Shown: one piece after another, positions 12,195 to 26,430 of the stretch
How the letters are laid out: the number at the start of each line of letters is the position of its first letter
Numbering within the stretch: the stretch's first letter is position 1
From: Chara braunii
Taxonomy: Eukaryota; Plantae; Charophyceae
Length of the DNA stretch: 64,000 bases
Reading direction: 5' to 3'
Assembly (NCBI GenBank): GCA_003427395.1
Contig: BFEA01000020.1
Coordinates: 5,553,154 to 5,617,153, forward strand
Notes under the pieces: generated by a model
Databases searched by the model: none
What the model was told of the DNA's origin: nothing
What the model saw: the letters and a program-made list of their open reading frames with translations, nothing else
Position numbers and translations under genes: made by a program

Positions 12195-12803
12195 CGTGCA
12201 CACCCCCTACGATTGGGATTTGTCCCTCTCCTAACATCTAACCTACTAACACTAATTACTAATTCCACCATGCTCCTTAAAATAACTCCCCCAACTCCTT
12301 TTTTTTTTTTTTTTTCCCTTCACTCCCCGTTTATCTAATGATTTTGGATGTCATTCGAGTCTCCCTGCATAATGTACATGCAGACTAACTACTAATGAGA
12401 TCTTCGTGAGCTCCACCGCCGGTTTCCCACGCCACGTGGGATGACCGTGTTTCGTGCACAAACCCCCCCACACACACACCCGGATCGATTGATCCAGTTG
12501 CTAGGCATGGGGTAGACTCCCCTGCTGACCTGTTGGACATAGCTCAAGCTTACCTTCCCATCCTTACATAATGATACATCCATTTAATTTCTCCCACCCC
12601 TTCCCTGATCCCACATATAATATACATCGCTCCTTTTCACTACGATACATAATGCATACACAACAATTACATGCGCAACCCTGACATACGTAAACTTGTG
12701 CCCATACCATATACAGAAACACTATCATACCTTAAACCCACACCCATAGACCCGCTGCTACCTTGCCCTCTTCTGCCCGCACTCCCCCTTCCCCCCTCCC
12801 CCC

Positions 12804-12913
12804 CACATCTAGATGTGTATAAGAGACAGGGGGGTGGTGGCAAAAGACGGCGGGATGATTGAGGCTCAGGAGACGGGGGGGGGTTCGGGGAGGAGGTGGT
12901 GGCGGGGGTAGTG
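12804..12913. other. Partial Nextera junction adapter plus chimeric copy of ~9548-9631 (artefact)
   Basis: CACATCTAGATGTGTATAAGAGACAG followed by sequence duplicated from 3.3 kb upstream, then Ns. Confidence 0.93.
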
Positions 12914-13149
12914 NNNNNNNNNNNNNNNNNNNNNNNNNTCCTCTCCCCAACCGTTACCCCATATATCGCATGTATTGCACAACCGGTATGCACCATAACC
13001 ATACAAATGCTACACCTATACGTTCGTTATATCGCAATTTCCTTGCATAACCCCCAAACCATTCATCACTAACTATTAACTCGCAGCTAACTCCTAAGCA
13101 CATTCAGTATTCGATGTTAAAGCTTTAAGATTAATCTATGATTTCAACC

Positions 13150-16100
13150 CACAGATCAATTGGGGTTGCCAGAATAATTCTCTGGCGAAAGTATTGCTCA
13201 TGAATTCTCTTTTGTGTCTCGTTTCTCTTAGTTAGAATAGTTGAGATCTTGCGTGTACTCACTACCCTCTGCCAACAAATGGTTGTCTCTTTGGAATTGC
13301 TTCACAAGGATCCATTACACGCGATTGCGCAAAAAGATGATAACAAAAATGCGATCAATACTAGCAACGCCTCTCAATTATTTTGGGTCCTTGAAAGCTA
13401 ATCACACATCAAACTTAACTCATTCCCCTGACTCATAGTAAGAGATGCCCCTGGTGCCTATTGGATTTATACTTTCGCGACTTATATACAACTCTCGCTG
13501 CTTCAGATGGACAGGTAATACTAAAACAAGTAGTACTAATACGCATGCACTTATAAACGGATGAGTTGTTTTATCGGTATTACCAGGATATGTGTGCCAG
13601 CGCTAAACGCAGTTTTTTGTTTTCGACAATACTGCGGGGCGTCGACTTCTGCAGGATAAAATTTAATCGCTTTCCCTTTTTGTTGTTTGATTAGTAGTCT
13701 TGGACATTGCGCACGATATCAATAAAACACGTAATTCCACGATTTATAGTGTGGTTCCTTGATTTTCCTCCCCCCGCCACCACTCCTTCATATATACACA
13801 GCATCGCCTATTATTCATACGATATTAGATCGGAAGCATTAATACATCACTTATTAGAAACATAGTAAACACCCGTTTGTCCTACATACACGATAATTAA
13901 GTCCCTTTAGCATATGCAGCCACACTATAATACCTTAAACCCATGATCTGCAGATGCGTACTCCTTCTCCTTTCCGCCCCCTCCCCCTCACCTCCCCCAC
14001 TACATTCTACATCGAGCCCCTAATGAAATATACTACATACCGATCTGGAAAGGTACGATGAGGTTTTATACTTTGGGCTTGTGATTATCCAGGCTATTCA
14101 CGATTAGCATATACGACCCATGACAATTAGTACCCCGATCTGGCTCATCTTTAGCAAATTACATACAGCGAATTCCTCTACACTCTCTTAACAAGTATAA
14201 ACCATTCTTATTAATCCTAACTGGCTTTCGGCGTTTTTAATTTCCCTTTACACGTGTCTTTGCGATTAAACAATCTCCTTACAATTACCCCCCACTGCAA
14301 AAAAATGCTCATGTCCGAAATTTCACCTACCACGTCATTCAAGCACCATGTGGAACTGCCCTCGCACTTATCCCGTGTGTGAAGGGTCCAAATAATGAAA
14401 CCATTACCCCCGACCTACATTGTTCAAACAGATAGATGTAATATGCTTTCCTCTAAATATCTAATCATCGAAAATTAATCTGTGTTTGCTTGATTGTCAC
14501 CATGCAGGATATATTTCTTGACGAATAATGTTGAGTGACAAATACTTACTGCCTGCAATCTAAACTGTTCTCCGCTCATAAATAGACGTTGCTTGCTGCT
14601 CAAACTCTCCCGCCCCGTCTTCCATGAACATCTACCTAATATGCTTCTGATCTCACGGATGAACTCTATCACGCTGCCTTTCCCCAACTCCCTAAGCAAA
14701 CTCGCTTCCCCATTATACGCGTCTCTGTCTTAGACAATCCTTGAAAGTAAAAGTCACATGTTCTCGCTAATTGATGATTTCCGCAGGATTTGGTCTACGT
14801 ATCAAGATAAATAGGTGAGTATTTTTTGGAGCTTAACCAGTGATTGCCTTGACGATGGCTCGCTACCCATAAAGATTGTCAACTATTTTTGTAGCTTGTG
14901 TTGCGGTACGATGAAAAATGTTGTCCGAGGCATCTCTCTTAAAATCCGTGGACTCTCCCGCCCCGCTCTCCTGGACATTTGTCTTATATAAAGATGACCG
15001 GGATAATGCTTACTGCTCTTTTTAGACTATTGCCTCTCTTATAGAAAAACACTACTTCACCGTACCTTCATATACGGCATGGCGTTTGACAACTGCTGAA
15101 TGAAAAATTCATAATTCTCTCCTTTTGAATATGGTTATACCAAGACTCTACTAAGTTTAAAAGCAGATGACGATAAGAGTAGCTTTGCACATCAATTTCT
15201 CTGGGCCTCCTCTTCCGACCCACTATTTATGTAAATCTTTTTTGTACGACTCCGATGCACATACGACTTTCGCAACTCAGCCATTACAGGTTATTCTTGG
15301 AGGGAATCGTCACCCCTTAAAACTAACCATTCAAATACATATTGCCGGTACTTAGCAGGATAAGTTATGTCGTATCATGCTTGCTTCTTATGAATAACCT
15401 AAATCTCGGCCCCCATCCCTACTCACTGGTAGAGCTGGTTTGCTTAATAAGCTTAGCCCCTTTCCATAACTCACGAAAACTTCCATAATACAAGCACTGC
15501 TTCGAAAACTTTCGATAATGTGAATACTGGCGTAGAACGCATAATAGATCAAGATGCATATAATGACGTCTTGCACCACTTTCAAAACATAGCTACTTCA
15601 CCAATTCCTAGATCGGCACGTGTACTTATAAATATCATGGTGGTTTACGCGACAACGTCATGCCCTCGTGCGATAATACGTTTCGATTGCCTCCGGAAAA
15701 TATTCCATACTTACACTCCATAACTCAAGCCTAGCTAAAACTTTATAAGACCCCTGTTGGTTACGCAATAGACATAATACATGTAAACAAACTACACCCT
15801 CGTCTTGCACACAAATCCCGACGTTAGATGGAAACGGATCTGGTCTACTAACACCACCTTACTCAGACGATTTACGACTAAAAGTCTACTTAAAAGCATG
15901 GCCATGACATCTCGACCATAGGAACACACGAGTGGTAATAGTCAGATATTAGGATACATGAGCATTGTTGGCAGTGCAGTATTACTATCTGATCATCGTG
16001 TCTGGTTAAAGTTGACCTCTGTGTGTGGCATTACGGTAACTCCTGATTGCCCTCGGACGATGATAAGCTCAAGTCCCGAGAACCAAAAAATTGTGGACTA

Positions 16101-18400
16101 ACTACTTGCTAGTTATTAAAACATCATGACACATAGAAAACCCCTGGCTAAAAATACTAGGGATATGGATAGGCTAATCTATAGATTAGGTAGGATGTAC
16201 GAAGGAGAATATTAGGTCGACACCTATTTTTTCATAATTAATCCCTGTATATATAGTACAAAATTGTATGTACCAGTAATTCTGCTTGGTTCTAGACAAG
16301 ATACCGGACATACTAATTTAATAATACCCATTGTAGTATATTACGACACAGCCTCAAAACAAAGGAATATTCATAATGACCAGTTTATTAGACACAGAGG
16401 AGAATTTTTTTTATCAGAAAAAGATAAATCATACTTAATACGAAAGTAAACTATACCTAGTGCGCATATCGATCATCCAATCCCAAGACAAGACGACGAT
16501 GGTCTGATACTCGCCCCCTCCTGAATTGCTTATGATTAATATTGGTGATAGACACCTGCCTGTATGACCTGCCAAAACCATGCACCTATTATTTAAACAT
16601 CACTGTGATGGACATTACACGTTTGGAACCTCACTTTACACATAACACGACTACCCTGACTAGGACATAGTCGCTTAACGTAGACTGTGTATCAGCCATT
16701 CAGTTTTTTGAAATATATGCTAGTTTAGCAAAACATGTTCTGTATCCGTGCCTACAGCTTCCCTGATGATGAGAATAAGTCAATATCCTCTACTGATACA
16801 ATCTTGATACTTCCCGTTTCAAGGTAGGGAAAAACCTTGACGGGTTTACCCGAAGTTAGAACGTCATCAACACATTAAGTTATACAACTTTTTCCAGAAC
16901 ACGTTTGTAAATTCCCTTTTATGATATAAGTTATGGCTACTTTAAAACTTTCCATATTGCTCGCTCCGCATAAAAATGAAGGCGCATATCATGCCCTACA
17001 TACACAAACCTCCCCGAAAAAATTCTTTCCTGTTGCCAACTCTCACTGTTGCGTACAGGCAACGAACACATTAGATAAACACTCACACATATCCTGACGC
17101 CATTGTGTACGATTGGTAGGCTAACAGGGTACAATGACCTCCCTATATGGCCATAAGACCTTTTTTCATACTTATCAGAAAAACCAATCTTACGCTTGTA
17201 GCCATACAAATTTTTAGAAAATGCGCACCATAGACAAAAACAGTTATGTATTTAAAACCAAAATTCACCCGACTCTACAACTAAAATAGTTGACACTCTA
17301 CCATACACACCATGACAAGATCCACAATAAATGTCGATCACACATTCGAATCTTTTATCCAGATGTCCTTATTCGATAGCACACACAACTCAATCAGCGT
17401 CCCTAACCGTGTTACTAGCACGAACTGGTTAAATCACACGTGCGGCCGGCCTGAATCTTTCGTACCAATCAACCACGCTATGCACTTAGTCCCCTGGTTC
17501 CCTTAAAGATCCACCGGAAAACTCGGGACTATCTATAAACGGCTACCTGGCGAAACTTTGCCATACTCAAATGGTTACCACGGATAGTTATCCCCAATGC
17601 GCAATACACCTCGCATACCCCTACGTTCTTGTAAGGGGGGTTCCATTATTGCCTCCCACTCCACGAAATCCACCTGACGACCATCATGCTCCTGTAACAG
17701 ATCGCTTGTCACGAGATCAACCATTTCTGCCACCACATCTACTCCACCACCCGGAACTGAATCTGGTATATCTTTGTGCACCTTTCTTACAAATACGGTA
17801 CCCTCACACAAATTTTCCGCATCATATCCCAACCCCACGCTCAACTCTAAAGCCAGTGCCTCATTCGTCATTACACGATAATGACGCACCGCGGATTCAG
17901 TAACCCGGAGACTGAATCGATAATCCAAACCCTTTTTGTCTCCCCGACGATGGCGTAGCTCATGCACCATTATTGCTCTACCACGAACATCCCCCACACA
18001 CGTGGTTACGATATCCATACTGCCGTGACAGACTCTCCTTCCCCTTCCTCTCGCCCTTGTTCCTGCCTTCTTCGTTGTTCTTCCCCCAACTGCTTTCTGG
18101 TATTCCCTTCTTCCTCCCCCTCTCCCTCTCGCTCTCGCCTCCCCGACCACTCTTATCTCGCCGTCTTTCAAATACCCAAGATAATCCTCCGTTAATTCTT
18201 CCTAAGTGGCCAAAAAACCATCGTTACCATGAGTGGTTACTGTTACCACCTCCATACCTGACCCATGAGCCCACAACTGATGGCGCAGATCCACCCCGCT
18301 GCTCACGACTAAACTACAGTCTTCCCTCCTTATATACTGATCAGCCACCTGGATCGATAAAACAATAACGCACATGGATCGATAAAACAACACATACCAT
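13150..18400 (-). pseudogene. Possible decayed multi-exon gene of unknown function inside the PLE
   Basis: 198-aa ORF (17575-18171), 90-aa and 74-aa ORFs and protein-like frames broken by stops, some ending at GT donor-like sites; no family recognised. Confidence 0.3.
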
Positions 18401-18721
18401 CCCCCTTGCAAATACTGAGATGAGCGAGTTACCGCCCTTCGCGAATTTTTTGTCTTCAAACACCCTAGGGCATGACAAACCTTACAAACCCCTTATTACC
18501 CCCATATGACGCACACATATGGGATCTATAAACGATTAATATATGGAACCCCTGTCGTCAACTACGTACAAACCCTATTCATTATCTGATCCAAAATACC
18601 TCCACCCCACCCGACCTACTTTGTTAATTAAAATAAAAAACAATAAATTAATAAAAAATAATTGATAAATATCAAATCAACTAAGAAATAAATTTGTATA
18701 AAATACTAAAATGTTTGAATT

Positions 18722-18752
<31 letters not shown>

Positions 18753-19618
18753 AAAAAAATAAAAATAAAAAATAAAAAATAAAAAATAGAATAAAAAAAA
18801 TTAATACAATTTATTTTATAAAAATATATAAATAAATTTATAAAAATAATAAAAACTTTTAAATACAAACTAGACAAAAAAAAAAAAAAAAATTTATAAA
18901 AAGGGTTTTCCTCTTCACTACTGACTGATTCCCCATGCATCCACCTTCAGTCTATACAGCCCCCACGAGTCTAGCCAATTTTTTGAAAAAACTATAACTG
19001 TTAAACAGTAGAAACATGAATGCTACGATCTCTTACATACATGATCTGCACCCTGACCTGCAATGATAACCCGGACGTGACGATCCAAGACATACCGCAC
19101 CCCTAATGCCCTCTACGTCGTCCCTGTCTATGACTTACTGGGCAAACCAGATCGACACACAGAGTACAAACCTTAAAAGTATAATAAAAATTTAAAAAAT
19201 AAAAAATAAAATTAAGAATAAAGAAAAAATAATAAATAGTACTATAGGAAGCCCACTTTCACAGAGACGCACATCTGCCAGATTAAATAAGCTACCCAAT
19301 GACACATTCGCAACATTATACTATGCCCACTGCGAATCACAACCATATTGCTATGCCACCTAAAAATAACTCTACAGGCTAAAACAATAACCAATTAATC
19401 GTTGTTGATACCTTGCATCCCTCCTACGTTTCAGACCACTTACTCCTAAGTCATACAAATAATGCATTCCTACCCTGTATAGACAACAAAAAAACATACG
19501 CATACAATGCCCAACCTACAGTTGCCTCTACCATCGCACACAGAGATTCCTAAAACCCCCCTGCTATCTTTCCCTCAAAAGAACACCCGCTATATCCCTG
19601 CACTAACTCTCGTCGCGC

Positions 19619-22430
19619 GTGTGTAACGTTGTGCAGGACCAGGACAGTATTCAGATGGGATGGCACCCGGAGCTGGTCACGGCCATTAGACCGTTCTCCG
19701 CCCTTAAGCCACCCAACGTACACTGTCAGATAGCCATGCTGGCTATCCCTGCTGATGTCCTGCTACGTGTACACGTAGCCTCGAACGGACATGCTCCCTT
19801 CCTAATAGAGAATCTATCCTTCAGTGATTGGGCGGCCATGGTCGCGGTAATGCAAACTAGGCCCCATGAACTTGAGGATAAGATCAAGGAGCTTGCCTCC
19901 AACATTGCAGAAGTCTGTAGAAGGTCTGCCATTGAGAACAGAGAGCTAAGCCTCATCATCGCTAAGGCTGAGAAGATCATACTCGAGCTCCACGGATACG
20001 ACACCGCGCATCTGGACTGCGCAGGTCAGATTTCCATAAACGAGAGCTCTGAGACCTTCACAGACATCTACATCAATAGTATTGCACGCACTCCTGCAGA
20101 GTTAGATTACTTCAAGAAGAAGAAAGCCTTGAGAAGGGACAATGCCCACATGAAGATCTCCAGCACGTCTGGCGAGGCCAACCACAAGCTCGGCAAGAAC
20201 AGCTCCTTCTTACCTCTCGCATCGAGCACATGGACAGAAAAAGCGGTACAATGGGTCCACAACAGGCTATGGAAGTTGAACTCCTTCAATTATACAGCAC
20301 CGATTAGTGTGGATGCCTACATGGCGCTAGCTGGGCTGAATGATGCAGACATAGACAACTGTCGAACTGCTGCCAAGAACGCGACCATCCACTTTCCTGC
20401 TGGACGAGCCGGCTATGATGCGGACTTCCTGCCAATTGCCAAACTGGAGGAAGGCAAGTGTCCTAAAAAGTCGCTGCTTCACCAGAAGGGTATTCCCAGG
20501 TTTCCCACAGACCTACTTGAACTCAAGAAGCTGTGGAATGCTGGGAGACCGTTTCTCAAGTGCCCATGCATTAGCTGTGAGTTGAACTTCACATGGCTGG
20601 ATCATATGATCTGGTACATCATCGGTAACCTCGACAAGTTGGACCCGAATGCACCATCAGACAAGATCCGCATGCTCGAATTCCAAGCACTGCTGCGCAC
20701 TACATGGAGAAGACCAATTCTGGCCCAGATCACGTTCCTGTTCATGCGTGAATACATGATGAAGATCGTTCATCTCATCACGCAGAACAAGAACATCTCC
20801 GCTGAAGAAATCCTCGCTTTTGAAGATTTCCATAACGTACCATTTGTACGGAAGTTCACTGCAGCACTCCTCCCTAACGCTGAAGGACTTCTCACGCCAA
20901 GCACAACCAGAAGAAATGGTGCCATAGACTTCGAGGACAACTCCTTGCGCAGATGCCGCCAGATCAGACTTGGTACTCCTGCCTCTGGCTTACCTGCAAT
21001 GCACTCATCTGCTACACATACACCACCCGCCTCTACCAATGCGCACGCACAGTCACCACTACTAGGCACTGCTACTGCGAATGCACATGTTCTCCAAACC
21101 ACTCCACCGGCCTCAGATCCTATAATCCACAATGCTGCTTCCATTTCAGCACCTTAGCCACTGAGACAACCTGGCCCGATCACGCAACCACCTCAAGCTG
21201 CAAACTCCCGCCCCTCTCACGACACGCCCGGTATGCACACTCACAATAGTGGTCACACACTACGCAACACCCAAAATGCACAGCAGAGCCACATAAACCC
21301 ACCACACATCAGCCACCCTTCAATACGCCCCAACACACAGGCCGGCCCACTGCCCATTCCCACCATCGTTCCCACTACTCCGTGGCACGCTATTGCCCCC
21401 CCTGTTCCTCATGTGCAAGTAAACACCTTCACCTTCGCAGCGGCTCAGCAAGCCGCCAGGAACAGTATCTCCCCCAACCCGAACACGTCACGTACAAGCC
21501 CTTTCCTCTCAATGCAAAGTACTGCCACTGCAAACATCTTTACTGCACCTGACCTAATCCCCACCACCACAGCCCCCACACCTCTCGGCAACACCAACAC
21601 CACTGCGCAACCGGCTCCGCACCTCACCACAGAAGCAGAAAAGCTTGCACAGAGAACGGAGCAGCTACTGTGAATTGCAATGAGCCCGCTGCCTGCTGAG
21701 AAAAGAAGGAATACCCGCAGAGGAAACAAGACCACCAGAATACAAACAGGGTTGGGTAATGGTCAGAAGCAAAAGCGGCCAAGGCGTAGCAATCTGCAAT
21801 ATGACAACCGACAACCATATATGGATGATATCTTCCATGTACAAGCACAAAGACAGAGCACCTCTGCTTCGCACACGCTTTCCCTGTTGGCTGCTCAGCA
21901 AGCCATCACTGCCAACCCTCATGCTATCGCTGGTACGGTCCCAGCTATAGCGGACCAAATGCCTCAGTCTGCACGCGCATGGATCCCAACCACTGAGGAA
22001 CTACTACAACAATGGCCACAACGACTCGGTAATGAGAACATGCCACGATAGCCGCCTGCACAGACGAACCCGGAGGTCATCCCAGTAAGCAGCAACGAGA
22101 TTATTGATGGTGGAAGACAACAACTCCCAATCAGCATCAGCTCACCATCTCCAGAAACGCCGCTACGACCTACGAATGTTGTCGAGGCTCTGAGACACAA
22201 CTATGGAGCCAGCAGTGCGGATTCATCGCTCCTCCGAACATCCAGCAACCAAACAGCACTCGACACCGAAGCTACCTCTTCAGAAGAATCATGGAAAAGA
22301 GTCTGGCGCAGACTCAGCCCGGACTACATGAATGGCACTACGAGCATCGCTAGAAGCTGAGATGCACCAGACTGACATAGACGGACTGTCTCAGATGATA
22401 ACCAAACTCTTAGACCTACTAACTGCATCC
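19619..22430 (+). pseudogene. PLE accessory ORF (~900 codons): globular N-terminal part with predicted coiled coil and CxCxxC, then P/T/Q/A-rich tail
   Basis: ORFs 19619-21157, 21233-21673 and 21680-22051 share one frame, separated by single stops (TAG, TGA, TAG); probable acceptor TTGTGCAG near 19637. Confidence 0.65.
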
Positions 22431-24135
22431 CCTTACCCCGTTTCACCCCTGACTGTCTGGATCCCTTGCTCTATTTTGCCCTACCCCCCCGCACCTGCTA
22501 GTGCTCCCCCTCCCCCATCCTTCCATCTCTGTTTCCAGCGCCTTTTTCCCCCCCTCCCTTCCTCTATCACCCCCCTCCTCTACCCAAGACCTCCCCCCTC
22601 CAATCTCTGTCCCCTCCTCCAATGCACACAGTCGCCACGTCTCGCTCTCCCCCTCCCTTCATACACCTCTCCCAATTTCCTATGCTCCCAACCCCGCTTT
22701 CTCCCTTCTTCACCACCACCCTCTACTCAACCCAAAGACTCCCCCTAATGCTCGCCCTCACCTGCCCTCAGTTCCCCTATCTCGAACCCTCTCGCTTTCC
22801 CTCTCTCCCGCTCCCCCGCTACCATCGGCCACCCCTCTCCCTCTCACACCGTCAACCCCTCCTATTGCTCCCATTATTCGTTGTATGCTCACCACTGGAT
22901 TTAGTACCGCATTAGCTGTAGCATCACGTAGCTGATGTGAAATCTGAGCCATAGGATACACCCTCACCTTGGCATTCCTATTTCAGCACTACGAGTAGCC
23001 CGGCAGGCAGATTATAAATAAAGATGCTATCTACCCTAATAACAGGTTGAGCAGCTTTCACTGAAAAGGCGGTGGCCATCACTTGGTGATCTGTAACATC
23101 GCAAAAATAAATCTGAAATGATAAGCAGTACTCTGCTTTCAAAAGATACTGGTACCTACTCCCAGTTGCTACAAGCAGATACTCGGCGCGGTTTTCATAG
23201 CTTTGTATTTAACGTTGTAGCTCATGACAGTGGCAAATGCCTGATGACTTCTACTAAGTCTTGAGTTGGAATGATACAGGCAATCTCGCCTGGTACCTTG
23301 GAAGTTGCATGAAATTTTGTTATCGTTCTTACGTATGCTAATATAAGACTGTTTCGCAGTTTTCAGAAAGTTAAATTTTGTTCCTTCTTTTCTTGATTTT
23401 AAATTTTCTATTTCTTTCTTTTTCTTTATTAATTTATTATTATTTTTTATTTTTTATTTTTTTATTTTTTTATATATTTATTAAATATTTTTTATTTTTT
23501 ATTTTTATTATTTTTTTGATTTATTATTTTCTTTTCTCATGAAAGTACCCCATACTTCCAGGCGTGCCAGTATAATATATGCTGACCTTGCATCAACACG
23601 TGTCCCCCATGCGGTTTTGTTGTATCTAGGGATACCATAAAATAAACTTCTACCCTCCCTTTCGTACCCGCTAAAAGATCAGGGACAACTAAAAACTATA
23701 TATTTTTTTAAAAAAACCTATACGCGCGTTCCCTACCTGAGAATGGTGGGTAACCATTGACTCAGCAATATTAAACACTTACCCTGGGAGAACAAGATCT
23801 TGAGTCCTGTTGCCAAAAACCACCATGACACCGCACACTGATGTTCTCTGCCAAATACTGTAAAACGCCACAAAATTTTTTGTCAACATAACCACCGCCT
23901 ACCCTTTACTTACCTATTGCCCAACCCAGAAACAACGAAGCAGGTTCGTCCCTATCTAGCAACCAGGACATACAACACACTCCACCTATGACCCGCCAAC
24001 ACATACCTGGCATACCGTAACATACAAGGCCAAAAAGCAGCACACCCACCGAACCCCCAACAAGTATAATATACACTACAAATATACGCACAACCAGCAA
24101 CGACTTACTCCCTCAAGTTGAACAACAAATAGCCA

Positions 24136-26302
24136 ATGGCTATCAGTATGACTTTAACCACATTTGGCACGCTGTGTGTGCAGGTACATCGGCTACAGAC
24201 CATGGAAGATGGAAGATTTGGCTGGAAAGCCCCCAAAGAAGATGACAAGATTATTATCGCATGCCACTACACCAACCGTTTAATGGACAGAATCAAATTC
24301 AAAAAAATATTCGATAAAATTCTGAAAAAATACAATTTGAACGCACTCCCGCTCCTGAACAAATGCACGTTCTCCTGGACCTATAATGATCAGATTGCTA
24401 AAGCCCTATATAAACCCGTTGCGGTCTTCCGCGACTTCACGATCACAGAATGGATGAACCAAACACAAGAGATTTGTTTTTGCCAGCATCAAAGGTATGC
24501 TGCATTCACTACCCCCCTACCGCCTGAACTAATCCAACCAGAGAACAATGCACACGTCCTCACGTTAAATCTTAACATTATTTCCAACAAGGAATTGCAG
24601 AGACTAACCCGGTGCGGACTAAACCATATCCCCGCGCAGACCCCCAACCAAAATGAGACCTTGGAGGCTGCACACCAGGTTTGGGAAAACCTCTTAAGCA
24701 TGCTGGAACGGAATGGTGCACCTATGCCAAACGAGCACTTACCACTGGCTTGCAAGGAGTTCCTTAGCATCATACTACGAATGACTTCCAACATGCGGCA
24801 CCACAGAGAAACTAACCTTAACGACCATGCAATCAAGCACGAAATAGACTTCCTCACTAGGCACTTCTACATTTCCGGTGCTGATAAAGCACCTAATACT
24901 CCTGTTGTTATCTGCATTAACTTGGTTAGACAGTTAGCCTTGCGAAGACTCACCAGCCCCGACTTTGAACCCTGCCTATGCACTACCAATGAGTTGATCA
25001 CTCATCTTGAACTAGAACTGACTTCTAGGTTCCCGGACATCCCAATTGGCAAGAAAACATTACCCTACCTCTTTGCCACCTACAAGAAACACAAAAACTC
25101 GTTCCGATGGTTAACTAACGCCTCAGACATCATATCATCCCCTCTCGCTGACCTCACCGCTGAGATCCTGAAAACACTCATCAAAGTAGTGAAAACACAT
25201 TGCGGAGGATTAACACTGCAAACCTTCGCAAAAACCGGACTAAGGGTCCCATACTGGTGGCCCATAGATTCTACAGCAGACTATGTCTATAACCTACCAT
25301 CACAAGCAATGTCAGTCTTCTCTGCAGACATAACTAGATGTTATGAGACCATTCCTACTGACAGTAGCCCAGACGGCCTCCCCAACGCACTCCAGTTTTT
25401 TACAAAAATAGCATTCCAACAGGCCAAGGCATCCTTTGGCAATGGCATACAACTTGCCTTCAAATTCTATTACAAAGCAGACCTGCTTACCCCCACCTGC
25501 GACTGGTTTCACCACCCCCCCCTCCGGATACCTAACGCTTACTGGTGAAATGGTCAATACCATCAGCAACTGGCTCATCACTAACGCATATACCTCGCTA
25601 GGTAACGTAGTCTGGAAACAGACGCTAGGCATCCCTATGGGTGTCAATTGCTCGCCTATGTGGTGTAATATCTACTTCTTCAAATACGAATATAAATTCA
25701 TGAAGAAGATGACTCATAAAGCCAATAAACACCTGCTTCCCCTATTTCAGCATGTGTTCCGATACTTCGATGACCTCCATGTCATCAACAACCCAATAAT
25801 ACAAGAATTCCTCAACCCCGAAATAACAAGCACAAGAAGCAAGTTCTTCCTATACCCCCTGCACCTCATCACCATTAACGAACAGACCTCAGAAAAAACG
25901 CAAGACCACAACAGGAATATCGGAATCAAAACTAACTTCCTTAACGCAACAATCGAAATCACTGACATAATCACCGGACAATACAAAACCTACAAATATG
26001 ACAAAAGACGGGATTTGGACTTCACAATCACCCGATTCATACAAGCACACTCCAACAGACCAACACAGCAATCACTTAATCTGGTCATTCCTCAAATCAT
26101 CACGATAATGCTTATCGAAACCAACGCACAACATGCGGCCTCCGAAATCAAACACATTATTAACTGCCTGGTGCATAACGGCTTCCCAAAGCACATACTT
26201 TTTGGCATCATTAGAAGGATACTACAACACCCAGAAGAGTACCAACCCTTCCGATGTTGCCCACAAACTGTCCTGCACCAGCTTCAAGACTATCCTATAT
26301 AA
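24136..26302 (+). CDS. Penelope-like reverse transcriptase (CxC linker plus RT), one +1 frameshift
   Basis: CFC...HVLTLNLNIISN..L..L...G linker; ADKAPN; LPYLFATYKKHK..FRWL; SADITRCYETIP; QTLGIPMGVNCSP; RYFDDL..NNP; YDKRRDLDFTI..F...SNRP; frames overlap at C8 run 25515-25522. Confidence 0.88.
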
Positions 26303-26430
26303 ATAACACCAGAACAAAAATATAAACATGTGTGTGTGAAGGAGGACCTACCCCGGGTGGGGTAGATCCTTAATCCAATGCAAAAAAGACCTACCCCACC
26401 CGCTCCTCCATCACGAGGGAACGGGGAGGG

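Noticed and set aside
16762-16800. Additional hammerhead cores (CTGATGA at ~16763 and ~23241)
   Set aside because: No correctly placed GAAA and closing stems
13150-17600. Alternative genetic code (TAA/TAG = Gln) in minus-strand frames
   Set aside because: TGA stops interrupt the same frames and stop density is near random; decay explains it
21671-21673. In-frame TGA as selenocysteine, as in some Naiads
   Set aside because: Single TGA alongside TAG stops in a low-complexity region; no SECIS identified
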